Shown: piece by piece, positions 27,136 through 38,500 of the stretch | How the letters are laid out: each line of letters starts with the position of its first letter | Position numbering within the stretch: the first letter of the stretch is position 1 | Source of the DNA: a virus | Taxonomy: Duplodnaviria > Caudoviricetes | Direction: 5' to 3' (one strand) | IMG/VR virus record: IMGVR_UViG_3300025832_000008 | Span: 1-63,566 of that record | DNA: 63,566 nt | Notes under the pieces: generated by a model | Told to the model about the DNA's origin: nothing | Database searches by the model: none | The model's input: only the letters and a program-made list of their open reading frames with translations | Position numbers and translations under genes: made by a program

Positions 27136-30100
27136 ATGCCAGAAGTTAGAAATGTCTTCCTTAAAGGGAAGATGAATAAAGACGTAAACCCTAGGTTACT
27201 ACAGACTAATGAGTATATAGATGCTAGAAATATATCTATTAACGATTCAATTGGTGGTAATTCAGGTTTAGCTGAGAATGTTAATGGTAATACACTGCTA
27301 ACTAATTTTGGTCTATCTGATGATAGTTTAGAAATAACAGGTATGTGTATTGATTCTGCTAATGATAGAATAATAGCATGCTTAACTAATTGGAACGATA
27401 CATCCTCGGATGGTATATCTAACTTTGCTTCAACTAGCTCGTCGCACTATATATGCATGTATGATAATAACGAAGATGCTAGTTATATATTAGTTACTGG
27501 TAGTTTTTTAAACTTCAGTAAAACCAAGCAGGTTATTAATATGCATGTTTTAGAAGATTTGCTTTTTATATCTGATGATAGAAACCAACCTAGGAAAATA
27601 AATATTAAAACAGCTAAAGCTAATCCAAGTTATTATTTCAAAGAAGAACATATATCTGTAGCTAAGTATTATCCATTTAAACCAGCTAAGGTTGCTAAGC
27701 TTACTGGAGATGGTGATTTATTGATAAACTCAGAACTACTAATAACAACTAACCAGAATAATTTAACAACAGGTACTTATACTAGCATATCACCATCCGC
27801 TACAAGTGGCTCAGGTGTTTCCGCTTCTTTTACAGTTGAAGTTATTGCTAATGCTGTTACTGAGGTTAAGGTAACCGGCGTTGGTTCTAATTATAGTATA
27901 GGTGATACAATAACTATTGCTGGAACAGATCTAGGTGGTTCTATAAATGATGTAGTTGTAACTATATTAATGGAGAACATGAAACACGAACCTACAATGA
28001 AGGATTGTGTTTCTGAAACATTACCAGCATCTGTAACGGCTACCGCTGCTGCTAATTTAACTTTAACGCCTGGTGGTGGTGGTACTGTTTTTATCACTAC
28101 TGGTATAAATTCTAATTGGAAAGGAGCTCAAATAACAGCTAATAATATAGATGTATCTAATAATGTTATAGTTCAGCCTGCATACGCTGGTTCAGCTAAT
28201 TTAGCTCTTAAGAACAATGGATCATCAATTGTTAGTATAAGTATTGGTGACACTATAGTAGTAGGAGCTAATCCAGATTACAATGCCAGCTACGATGGTG
28301 ATTCTGATTTTCTTTCTGATAAGTTTATTAGATTAAGCTATAGGTTTAAGTATGACGATGGAGAGTACTCTGTGATAGCACCATTTACTCAACATGTGTT
28401 TATACCCAAACAAGATGGCTACTTTATAGATGAGACATTTCCAACAGATGTAACCACTGATGGAAGTGATGAGAATAAAGCTATAAAAAGTACTATAATA
28501 GCTTTCTTTGAAAACAAGGTTAATTGCACTCAGTTAGTAATAGATCTACCTGAGGGTGTATTAACTCCAGCTAATTTATATAGTGAGTTAAAAGTAACAG
28601 ACATTGACATTTTATATAAAGAATCAGACGGTATATCTATAAAAGTATTAGACACAATAACAAAAGATGAACTAGCCGGGCAAACAAATGAGTATCAATA
28701 CTTGTATCAATATAACGGAAGCTCACCTGTAAGAGTATTACCTGATAAAGAAGTATCAAGAGCATCTGATAAAGCACCACTAAGAGCAAAGGCGCAAGAA
28801 ATATCTGGCAATAGAGTAATGTATGGAAACTACATTGCTAGAAGTTCAAGACCTAGTAGATTAAACTACAATGTATTATCTGGTAATAAGGAAGACTTTG
28901 GTGTATCAAATTCTATAAACGAATTACAATACCCTAATCATTCCTTAAAGCAAAACCGTTCTTACAAAGTTGGCGTTGTTTTATGTGATAAGTTTGGTAG
29001 ACAGTCAGATGTGATAACTTCTGATAATTCTATTGTATATAACCCATATAGAACATCTACAACTGATTTCATAACATCTACAGATACTTGGTTTGGTGAC
29101 TCTATTAAAATAGTTTGGAATAATATTATACCTAGTGAGATAAGCGAAAGTGGGTATGTTGGATTATATTCAGCGACTAATCCACTTGGTTGGTATAGTT
29201 ATAAAGTAGTTGTACAACAAAAGGAGCAGGATTACTATAACATATTCTTACCTACAATATTAAATAATTTTCCAGCAACAACACCAACAACTAGCGATGA
29301 AGTTGCTCATGTTACATTATTTAGTGATAATATAAACAAAGCACCTAGAGATTTGAGAGAAGTTGGTGCTCAAGATATAACATACTCTAGTTCAGTAGAT
29401 CTTTATGGTAGAGTACATAATACAAACTACTCAACTACACGTAGTAGTAATATTCAATATTTTCCAGATTCGATACCAGACAAGTTAGTTAAAATAGGCG
29501 TTAGGGATGACATAGGATTAGGTACAACAGAAAGCGGTGATCCATATGATGTTTCGCCGTTTTACAGCATACCAACTGGGCCAAGCGGAGCTACTGGTTA
29601 TGGCGCTGAAATAAAAGGTGCTAATCCATTTATAGGTCAAGTATCTACAAGAAAAAGTATAGGTGCAACTGGTGGCTCTGGAACTAATGTTACATATAAT
29701 ACAACTAGACTCAATGTTTATGAAACAGCACCTTTCTACTCTGAAATAGATATTTTTTACGAAACAAGTACATCTGGATTAATATCTGATTTAAATACAT
29801 ATATACTAAATAGTGCTAGTGAATTTCAACCTGCAAGTATATCTGATTGGAGTTTCGAACTAAAAGAAGACGCTATACCATCTAGTGATGTTACACCTGC
29901 TTGGTTTGATGTTGTTAATACAGAAGGAGTTAGTTTAGCAAGTGCTTCTTTAGTTGGTCAACTATTATCAGTTAAAAATGGTGTAAACGCTGATGTGACA
30001 AATAAATTCGTACTAGAGCAAGACTCTGGAACGTTTAAGTTCAAAGTAAAAATAGCTAGTAATTCTTACTTTACATATACATCAGGTAGTAATTATTCGG

Positions 30101-30672
30101 ATAACTATAAGTTTACTTTTAGCTTTACAAATACAAATAGTGGAGTTAATTATACAAGTAGCTTTATAATAGATTATCCAAACCTTTTAGATAATATCGA
30201 ACCTACATTTACCGGTTCATCACCTTTTAATGCTGGTAACAAAAATGAAGTTCCAACACCAGTTGGTCAATGGAACGATATTATATATTTAGATGGTCAA
30301 AATGGTAGTGCAATACCAACTACAACTTATAAGAAACTTGGTTTAATATGGGAGATAACGTCTGTACTATTCTACTGGCCGCATATTGGCACTTATGCTA
30401 ATTATCAAAGTGGTACACCTATAAGCGAATACTTAAGAATAGCAAATACAGCGTTTCAAACATATACTAACATAGCCGAAACACTACAATATGATGATAG
30501 CTTTGTATGTGTAAATACTAACGCTACAAACTCAGCTGATTTGTATAATAATTATTTTGCTAGAACAGATACTGATTTTAGAGTAAACCTAAGACTAAAG
30601 GATGCTAGTGGCGGTACTGGTTCGTTAAACACTACAGCTAGAGTAGATTTTACATTAAAAAGAACAGATTAA
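27136..30672 (+). CDS. Tail nozzle / stabilisation protein
   Basis: F.KGKMNKD..PRL....EY.DA.N start; D.RNQPRKIN; F.YRFKY.D.EYS; GNR..YGNY. Confidence 0.75.
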   Translation: MPEVRNVFLKGKMNKDVNPRLLQTNEYIDARNISINDSIGGNSGLAENVNGNTLLTNFGLSDDSLEITGMCIDSANDRIIACLTNWNDTSSDGISNFASTSSSHYICMYDNNEDASYILVTGSFLNFSKTKQVINMHVLEDLLFISDDRNQPRKINIKTAKANPSYYFKEEHISVAKYYPFKPAKVAKLTGDGDLLINSELLITTNQNNLTTGTYTSISPSATSGSGVSASFTVEVIANAVTEVKVTGVGSNYSIGDTITIAGTDLGGSINDVVVTILMENMKHEPTMKDCVSETLPASVTATAAANLTLTPGGGGTVFITTGINSNWKGAQITANNIDVSNNVIVQPAYAGSANLALKNNGSSIVSISIGDTIVVGANPDYNASYDGDSDFLSDKFIRLSYRFKYDDGEYSVIAPFTQHVFIPKQDGYFIDETFPTDVTTDGSDENKAIKSTIIAFFENKVNCTQLVIDLPEGVLTPANLYSELKVTDIDILYKESDGISIKVLDTITKDELAGQTNEYQYLYQYNGSSPVRVLPDKEVSRASDKAPLRAKAQEISGNRVMYGNYIARSSRPSRLNYNVLSGNKEDFGVSNSINELQYPNHSLKQNRSYKVGVVLCDKFGRQSDVITSDNSIVYNPYRTSTTDFITSTDTWFGDSIKIVWNNIIPSEISESGYVGLYSATNPLGWYSYKVVVQQKEQDYYNIFLPTILNNFPATTPTTSDEVAHVTLFSDNINKAPRDLREVGAQDITYSSSVDLYGRVHNTNYSTTRSSNIQYFPDSIPDKLVKIGVRDDIGLGTTESGDPYDVSPFYSIPTGPSGATGYGAEIKGANPFIGQVSTRKSIGATGGSGTNVTYNTTRLNVYETAPFYSEIDIFYETSTSGLISDLNTYILNSASEFQPASISDWSFELKEDAIPSSDVTPAWFDVVNTEGVSLASASLVGQLLSVKNGVNADVTNKFVLEQDSGTFKFKVKIASNSYFTYTSGSNYSDNYKFTFSFTNTNSGVNYTSSFIIDYPNLLDNIEPTFTGSSPFNAGNKNEVPTPVGQWNDIIYLDGQNGSAIPTTTYKKLGLIWEITSVLFYWPHIGTYANYQSGTPISEYLRIANTAFQTYTNIAETLQYDDSFVCVNTNATNSADLYNNYFARTDTDFRVNLRLKDASGGTGSLNTTARVDFTLKRTD

Positions 30673-30673
30673 T

Positions 30674-32677
30674 ATGGCTATAACTAGAGAAGTAACTTAC
30701 TTTAATTCTTTTGCCGTAAAGAGGGTTGTTGAAGACAATGGCCTTGGTTTTCAAGGCAAAGCTGTATGGCCTGCTTTATCTTGGAATCCATATGGTTATC
30801 CAGCATTCCCATTAACAGCTGACCCTGCGTACGTTAATTTTGGTTGGTATGTTGAAGAGTCTAGAATAAGAGGAGGATATAACAATACGCAAGTTGATCT
30901 AGGAGTTAGAGCATATATAACAGAGACTGATGATACAGAAAAGCAAGTTGGAAGTGGTATAATATATTCTGGTATATATAACTCTCTTACTGGATTTAAC
31001 GAAACAAATGTGTTTTCCACTGGAGACATGATTGAAAAACAATTAGATCCAAGGTATGGAGATATACAAAAAATGTTTACATACGATACTAACCTGATTG
31101 TGTGGCAAAACGACAAGGTACATAGAGCGTTGATAGATAAAGACGCATTGTATACTGCTGCTGGTAATGCTTCTTTAACATCGTCAAATAATGTTATAGG
31201 TCAAATCACTCCTTATTCTGGTGAATGGGGTATTAGTGAAGACCCATTGTCATTTGCGTTTAAAGGATTTAGGATATACTTCACAGATAGATCAAGAGGA
31301 GTTGTTTTAAGATTATCTAGAGATGGTATCACAGAAATAAGTAATTATGGTATGCATGATTTCTTTAGAGATGAGTTATCAAAGATTAATGATAATGATA
31401 CTATATCTTCTATTGGTTTGATAATGAAGACTGGTAATGCTGAAGCTACGAATGTTGGTGTATTTCCAACTGACTCTGTGGTTGTTGCGGACTACATTGT
31501 CGACACTGTCGACGATATAGAACTTGGTATGACATTACTATTCTCTCTATATGGAAACCAAGGAGATGTTATACATAGTATTCAAAATGTAGGATCTTTA
31601 ACTGGTGATTTAACTGCACAGATAACTAGTAATACAACTGGTTTAGCTAATGGCACGTATATTGGTGTTGTTCCAGATTCTAATAGAAGTGTTTATGGTC
31701 AAAAAGCATTATCTGGTGGAGTTGATCCAGAAGTTACAGTAACAGTTGCCGGTGGCATTGTCACTGCTATTGTAGTTACAAGTGGTAGTATATTGTACTC
31801 CGCAGGAGATGTATTAACTCTTAATGGTGGCGATATTGGTGGTACAGGTGCTAACGATGTAGAGATAACACTTGTTGAAGCTAATTTAACAAGCATATCA
31901 ACAACACAAAAAAGAATAGTATTTAATAAAATACTTTACAACCTAAGCGGTGGATTAGCAGTTCCACCTTTATTAACTGTTACTTTTTATAAAAATATAA
32001 AGGATAAGATAGTTGGTGGTTTTGATGACTATGTTGATAAATATGTGTTATCGATACAAGACTCTAGTGAAGGCACTTACAATACGCTAACATTTAATGA
32101 TGACAATAATGCTTGGACTAGTTTCTGGGATTACGAGCCATCATTTATGTCTACTATTAATAACGTTTATTTTACTTGTTATACAAATAAAATATGGAGA
32201 CATTATGCTATTGATAAAGGAAAAAACTATAGTGAGTTTTACGGTATACTTTATCCTTCTTCAATACAGTTTGCTTTTAATCCAACGATTCAATATGCTA
32301 AAGTTTTTAATACTATAGGATATGAAGGTAGTAACGGTTGGAATGTACAGAATATTTTAAGTGATCCTAACGGTGTTCAAGATACGGGTTTATCATATAA
32401 TGATACTTCTATTTTTATTAATAGCTATGAAGAGGGACAATACATTGAAAACGGCATAACTTATAGAGCTGGTTTCAATAGAAAAGAAAATAAATATATG
32501 TGTGATATTATCAATGATACTATCACTAGACCTGGAGAGGTTGTTTTTGGAGAACAAATGTCAGGTATTAAAGGTTACTATGTTACTGTTACTATGCAGA
32601 CTGATAATACTACGGATCTTGGTGGTCTTAAAAGTATATTCGCTGTATCAGGTAATCATGTACTTTCGTTAAATTAA
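30674..32677 (+). CDS. Tail stabilisation-like structural protein
   Basis: EESRIRGGYNN, YFTD..RG.VLRLS.DGIT.IS..GM.DFFRD and W.SF..Y motifs. Confidence 0.7.
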   Translation: MAITREVTYFNSFAVKRVVEDNGLGFQGKAVWPALSWNPYGYPAFPLTADPAYVNFGWYVEESRIRGGYNNTQVDLGVRAYITETDDTEKQVGSGIIYSGIYNSLTGFNETNVFSTGDMIEKQLDPRYGDIQKMFTYDTNLIVWQNDKVHRALIDKDALYTAAGNASLTSSNNVIGQITPYSGEWGISEDPLSFAFKGFRIYFTDRSRGVVLRLSRDGITEISNYGMHDFFRDELSKINDNDTISSIGLIMKTGNAEATNVGVFPTDSVVVADYIVDTVDDIELGMTLLFSLYGNQGDVIHSIQNVGSLTGDLTAQITSNTTGLANGTYIGVVPDSNRSVYGQKALSGGVDPEVTVTVAGGIVTAIVVTSGSILYSAGDVLTLNGGDIGGTGANDVEITLVEANLTSISTTQKRIVFNKILYNLSGGLAVPPLLTVTFYKNIKDKIVGGFDDYVDKYVLSIQDSSEGTYNTLTFNDDNNAWTSFWDYEPSFMSTINNVYFTCYTNKIWRHYAIDKGKNYSEFYGILYPSSIQFAFNPTIQYAKVFNTIGYEGSNGWNVQNILSDPNGVQDTGLSYNDTSIFINSYEEGQYIENGITYRAGFNRKENKYMCDIINDTITRPGEVVFGEQMSGIKGYYVTVTMQTDNTTDLGGLKSIFAVSGNHVLSLN

Positions 32678-32690
32678 AATATAGGTAAAT

Positions 32691-33350
32691 ATGGCAATGA
32701 ATTGGCTAGCACTTGGTGCTGACGCTATAAATAGTGGTGTTCAGATATATCAAGCTAATAAAAGGCAAAAAGAATATGGAGCCGAAAGAACAGCTCACGA
32801 GACAGAGATTCAAACTCTTAAAGATAATAGATTTGATATACCAGATTTATCAGAACCTATTGAAGACCTAAGCGGTAACTTAACTAATCCATTTGCTAAT
32901 CTATCTGTAGCAACTCAAGCGGCAGAAATACAGATGGAACAAACTGATATTGCGTTAGCTAATACGCTTGATACAATAAGAGCAACTGGTGGCGGTGCAG
33001 GTGGTGCAACAGCTTTAGCTCAAGCAGCATTGCAAAGTAAAAAAGGCGTATCTGCTACTATTGAACAGCAAGAGGTTAATAACCAGAAATTATCAGCACA
33101 AGGAGAACAAAGACTACAAGAACAACAAGTAGCTGAAAAACAAAGAGTACAAACAGCAGAGGCTGCGGCTTTAGAGTTTACGTTTGGAGCTGAAGAAGCA
33201 AGAACAAATGCAGATCTTGATTACGAAGCTGGAATGGAAGGTAGATATGCTCAAATGGAGTATGATGCTAAGTTGCAAAAAGAACAAGGGATTAATGAAG
33301 CAACATCTGAAATAACATCCGGCTTTGCTGGTGGCGGTTACTACGCTTAA
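32691..33350 (+). CDS. Putative internal virion / ejection protein 1
   Basis: A/Q/G-rich and helical; GGGAGGATALAQAA; follows the tail genes. Confidence 0.6.
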   Translation: MAMNWLALGADAINSGVQIYQANKRQKEYGAERTAHETEIQTLKDNRFDIPDLSEPIEDLSGNLTNPFANLSVATQAAEIQMEQTDIALANTLDTIRATGGGAGGATALAQAALQSKKGVSATIEQQEVNNQKLSAQGEQRLQEQQVAEKQRVQTAEAAALEFTFGAEEARTNADLDYEAGMEGRYAQMEYDAKLQKEQGINEATSEITSGFAGGGYYA

Positions 33351-33364
33351 TAATAAAATAAAAC

Positions 33365-35491
33365 ATGGGCTATAGAAATCCTACACAACTACAGACAACG
33401 CTTAATCCTCTTGATTTTAAAAAACCAGGTGGTACTAGTGATACTGGCAGTGGACTATCATTAACTACTAAACTTGCTCAAGAATCTCTTGCTCGTAAGA
33501 AAGCTAACCACTCTATAAGAGTATCAAATGACGTACTAGCAGCTGCAACGTCTGCTGATCTATCTGGACAAATAGCTAAGACCAGTAAAATTGATCAAGC
33601 TAGTTTAAATAACGCTATATCTGGCATAGTAGACTCACATTATACTTCAAAGACTAATTTAGAACAGTCAGTTGAGCCATATGAGGTATTTGACGATGAC
33701 GGTAATTTATTATATTCATATGAATCTGATGTTCAGAATCTAAAAAATACCTCTTCTTTTATAAAAACATTTCCAGAGCAATTAGTAGCATTAAAGTATA
33801 TTCAAGATGAATTCACTACTATAGGTACTGGTGAAAATCAATATCTACCAGATAATGTTAATCCATACTTTAATCTGTTAACTAAAGTTGATGATCCAAA
33901 TTTCGAAGGTGTCAACGTAAAATACGACGTTACTAATGATGATAATGGAATACCACAAATTGGCGTTGTATTATATGGTTCTGAAGTAGAAAGAATAAAT
34001 AAGGAAATGGGTCAAGGTGAAAAAGATGCTTACACTATACGCCCAGCTGAATTAACTAGCATACTTAATAACGCTAATGGTAATCCAAACGATTTTGGGT
34101 TAACAATGAAAAATCACGCTGCAGTAGGATCTGCTAAGAAAGAATTAGAAACCGGTGGTGTTATTAGTAATGGTACTATATCAAGTGACTATATGACGCC
34201 ATTAGAAACTGAGACTATACAGGATAAGCAATCAATGACTCAACAGGCTTACGCAGTTAGTGCTATAAATCACCAGAAATTAGATCAAGCTGTTAATCCA
34301 AAAGCTAAAGCACAAACTACAATGATGCTTAATTACGGTCAATCATCTGCGGCAACAGCGATTAAGCAGTATGCAAATAAAACCAAAGAAGGTCAATACT
34401 ACTATGATCCAATTGTATGGAACCCAAGGCTAAATAAGTACGTCAGAGATGCTAGTAAAAGAGTTCAAATGGGTGATGGTGTACCTGAATACGATCCACA
34501 AAATACTGAGAATGATGATTACAACGGTTTTCCAGAACAAACATTTAAAAATATAGAGGGTTTAATTAGAACTAAAATACTAGAAGAGTCTGGTGCTTTA
34601 ATGAATCCAGTAAAAACAAAGTCTGGAACTCCTACTAGGATTTATACAGACACAGAAAATAAACTAACAGCTAAAGAGCAAGAAAACCTTGATAAAAAAG
34701 CTAGAGTGGAAACTTGGGCTAATGCTATTAAAAGTGGTAAAGTAGATATTAATGACCAAGGTCAAATGACTGATTGGGCAAAGCAAAATATAGAGTCTAT
34801 TGGTAATTACAACTATGTAGAATATGATTTAGGTCAAAAAGTTCTGCAATTTTATAAAGATAAACCGGAGAAAGGAGATCAACCTGATTACGATATAAGA
34901 ATAGCAAGTATAAAAGATATTGATGCGGCACAAAATACCATACTAGGTCAAATAAGTGTGTCTTTATCAATACCTAACGTAACACCTCCTGCTAAATCAT
35001 CTAAAACATATAACACAGTAGTTGCTCTAATAGACGAGTTTGATTTGTTGAAGGATAAAGATGAAAATGATTTCGAAGATATGAAGCTTTCAGATGGTAC
35101 AGAGGCTTTTCCTGGATTTGGATCTAAAGAAGCTTGGGTTGTTGATAAAATTAAAAACTATCCAGGACTAGAATATTTATTTAAACCAATAAATGAAGGT
35201 GGAAAAGGTGGTAATATAGAAGCTACTGGAACATCAAACACTGAAGAAATAACGTTTACATACCCTAATGGAGACGAAGAAGTAGTTGATATTAATGATC
35301 TAAAAGGTGTTGGTGAAAAATTAAAGGATGCTCTTAAAAGAGCTGTAGGTTTTATAGATCCAAATGCATTTGACGCACGTCCTAGTGGTTTACCGATGAT
35401 ACCCGCTGAGGAATGGGATGAAGTATGGAGCAAAGGTAAACAAGGTGAAAGGTTTTTAGCAGTAGATGGTAAAATATACACTCATCCTTAA
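33365..35491 (+). CDS. Putative internal virion / ejection protein 2
   Basis: 708 aa, between the small and giant ejection-like genes. Confidence 0.55.
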   Translation: MGYRNPTQLQTTLNPLDFKKPGGTSDTGSGLSLTTKLAQESLARKKANHSIRVSNDVLAAATSADLSGQIAKTSKIDQASLNNAISGIVDSHYTSKTNLEQSVEPYEVFDDDGNLLYSYESDVQNLKNTSSFIKTFPEQLVALKYIQDEFTTIGTGENQYLPDNVNPYFNLLTKVDDPNFEGVNVKYDVTNDDNGIPQIGVVLYGSEVERINKEMGQGEKDAYTIRPAELTSILNNANGNPNDFGLTMKNHAAVGSAKKELETGGVISNGTISSDYMTPLETETIQDKQSMTQQAYAVSAINHQKLDQAVNPKAKAQTTMMLNYGQSSAATAIKQYANKTKEGQYYYDPIVWNPRLNKYVRDASKRVQMGDGVPEYDPQNTENDDYNGFPEQTFKNIEGLIRTKILEESGALMNPVKTKSGTPTRIYTDTENKLTAKEQENLDKKARVETWANAIKSGKVDINDQGQMTDWAKQNIESIGNYNYVEYDLGQKVLQFYKDKPEKGDQPDYDIRIASIKDIDAAQNTILGQISVSLSIPNVTPPAKSSKTYNTVVALIDEFDLLKDKDENDFEDMKLSDGTEAFPGFGSKEAWVVDKIKNYPGLEYLFKPINEGGKGGNIEATGTSNTEEITFTYPNGDEEVVDINDLKGVGEKLKDALKRAVGFIDPNAFDARPSGLPMIPAEEWDEVWSKGKQGERFLAVDGKIYTHP

Positions 35492-35506
35492 GTAAAGTAT
35501 AATATT

Positions 35507-38500
35507 ATGGCAGAACAAAACAATAATGGGTGGGTACCACCAACTGACGCAATTAAAGTAGAAGACTCAATTGCAGTAGAAGAAACTTGGGTTCCACCAA
35601 CCGATGCAATTAAAGTAGAAGATTCAATTGCAGTAGATCAAGTGGGAAAGTCAGAAGGTGTTGGAACTGTGGAAGCAAGTACAACACCGTCGAACGAACA
35701 AGCTTCATTAGAAACACCTACAATAGAATCAAAAAAACAATTGACGCCGCAGGTAAAGCCTGGCGAGAAAATGGTTGATATAAGCGGAAGCTTATACACA
35801 TTTAAAGAGATTGAGAATTCAGATGCTTATAAAAAAGGTAAGTATAAAACCGTAGAAGATTATGTATCTAAGTTTGGTAAAAACGCTAGCTACATAGAAT
35901 CTATTGATGTAGAAACTGAATTACCTACAATAGAAGAAGCGTCTACTTATAAAGCAAAGGAACTTGCTATTGGTAAAGAGAAGAACAACGAGATCAACAG
36001 TAAGTTAAAAAGTATTAACGAGTCTGATCCTTCTGTAGTAAAGACTTTCATCAATAAAAAGGTAGATGATGCTTTAGTTGATTTCCCGTATGAATATGAA
36101 TATGAAACAATTAGATCTGGAGGTGAACCAAAAACAGTTCCAACTAAAATACCACCAACGGAAGAACAATTAAAAGAGTTTTTAGGTGAATCAGTTTATG
36201 ATCTATATACTCAATATAGAAAAACAGGAACTATAGATAAAGAAAACATGGCTTTAGCTTCTGAAATGTTTCCATATGAAGTGGATGCAGCGGTTAAAGA
36301 AGTTAAAGGTAAAACTTCTGAGTTTTATCAAGCTAATTTAGATAGATCAGAAAGAAAAGCATTAAACTTGTTTCAAAGTGGTGGTATTGACTCTGATCTT
36401 CAACTTCAACATCAAGATGGTTTGAGAGATGAGCAAGAGTACTACAGGTTAACTGGTACAAAGCTTTACGGTGAAAAAGAGTTAATGGGTCAAACTTATA
36501 ATCCATCGCCATTAACACTATACGATCTAGGATTAACAGATAAACTTCCAACAGAAACAAAAGAAAAATACATTAAAGCTACTTCTGTTAAAATTAAAAA
36601 CGATTTTAATGAACTAAATCAAGACGCAATAGATCTTAATAAATCTGTTGAAGATTACAATGTAAAATACGGTTCAGATCTTAGTAGATATAACGAGTTG
36701 GTTTATAATTTAAATAACTTCAATGAAAATACTGGTACAGTAGATTCACCTGATGTATCTAAAAATGATGACATTGATAGATTTGCTTCTCTTAAAAAGA
36801 CGATTAGAGCAATAGAAGGTAACAATAACTATAATGCATACAATGGTAATCCTACTAATGACAAAGTAATATTCACAGATATGACAGTCCAACAAGCTAT
36901 GGATTGGCAAAAAAATAATGGTGGAAAAGCAATTGGTATTTATCAATATAAGAATGAATCTTTGCTAGAGGCATTGAAAGGAACTGGTATATCTAAAGAT
37001 GTTAAGTTTAACGAAGAAGTTCAAGAAAAGCTAGCTGACTGGAGTATAAGGGTTAAACGAAAAGGTAATAAGTATCTTTCTGGAGATATTACATACGATG
37101 AGTTAGCTGAGCTAATAGCTAGTGAATGGGCTGCTCTTCCAATGATTAGTGGTGATAGAAAAGGTAAAAGTCGTTATGGTGGAAGTAATGAATCTCAAAT
37201 CACTGCTGAAGCTTATGAAGATATAATAAAAGCTATTCAGGTATATAAAGACGTAGATCAATCTTATGAATCTATGTATGAAGAATATGTACAATTACAG
37301 AATTCTTTATCTGATTCAAAAGCTTTTGAACTAAGTGATAATTTTAAATCTCAAGCTGATGATATAAAACAAAGGTCTCTACAAATAAGTGAGATGGCTG
37401 GTTCTACAAATGATTTAAGTGCTGTTGTTGATGCTACTAATAAAAACTATAGTTCAATTGATAGAGCATTGTTACAATTGGAAAAATCATTTTTAGGTTC
37501 AGGAGCTATGCTAGGAGCTGGTGCACTTAAAATTTCAGCCGACGTTCTTAATTATGTTAACGATATTGGTGATAATGATAGAGCGCCAACGGGTTTAACT
37601 CCTAAGATAGATAGTTTATACTCTGATGCGATAAACTACAACGAAGCTCTAGCGACAGAGTTATCTGAAGACTTTGTTAGGGATTACACCCTTGACGATG
37701 TTATGTCTCTTGACGTTACAAAAGCAAATTACTTAGGTCAAGTACTCGCAAACAACTCACCATCTATAGCTACCGTTTTGTCAATGCCTTTAATTGGTGG
37801 TATATCAGGTGTTTCTAGTCTTGGTGCAGGTACGTTTGGTAGAATGATGGCTCAAAGAGCATTTAATAATGCTGGTAGAAATCTAGCAACAGCTGCGTTC
37901 TTTAATATGGAAGCTGGTGGAAAGTTAGCAGAGCTTGAAATGTCACAGAGAAATGCTAAAAAATTAATACCAATACTTGAAGGGTCTTTAGCAAATGCTA
38001 CTACACCAGCAGAAAGGCTAGAACTTGAAAAGCAAATAAACGAGCAAACAAATTTATTGAATGCGGGTATGATGAGGAAAGGTTTTTCATCATTAATGTA
38101 TGGTAGTATAGCTTCGTATGCAGAAAGGTTTGGTACACTTTCTTACGTTAACAATTTAAAAAGGTTTACAACTAGAGGTGGTGGTTTACTAAAGAAAACA
38201 TTATATGGAGGAGCTGGTATGTCTTATAACGTTGGTATTGAAGAGCTTGAAGAAATAGGCACTCAAATTGGACATAACTTTGTTGATATAGCTTTATTCG
38301 ATGCTGATAAAAGCATGTTAGATGGAATTGATAAAGATTTCTTAGCTAACGTATTTATATCAAGTGTTGCAATACAAGGACCTGGTAGAGCATCTAATAT
38401 GTATTCGATGCTTAGAGATGAGGTTATGACATTGGATGAAAAGAAAACTGTTAGAGATCTTCGTAATGAATTAATAAAAATAGAAGCTGATATACGTGGT

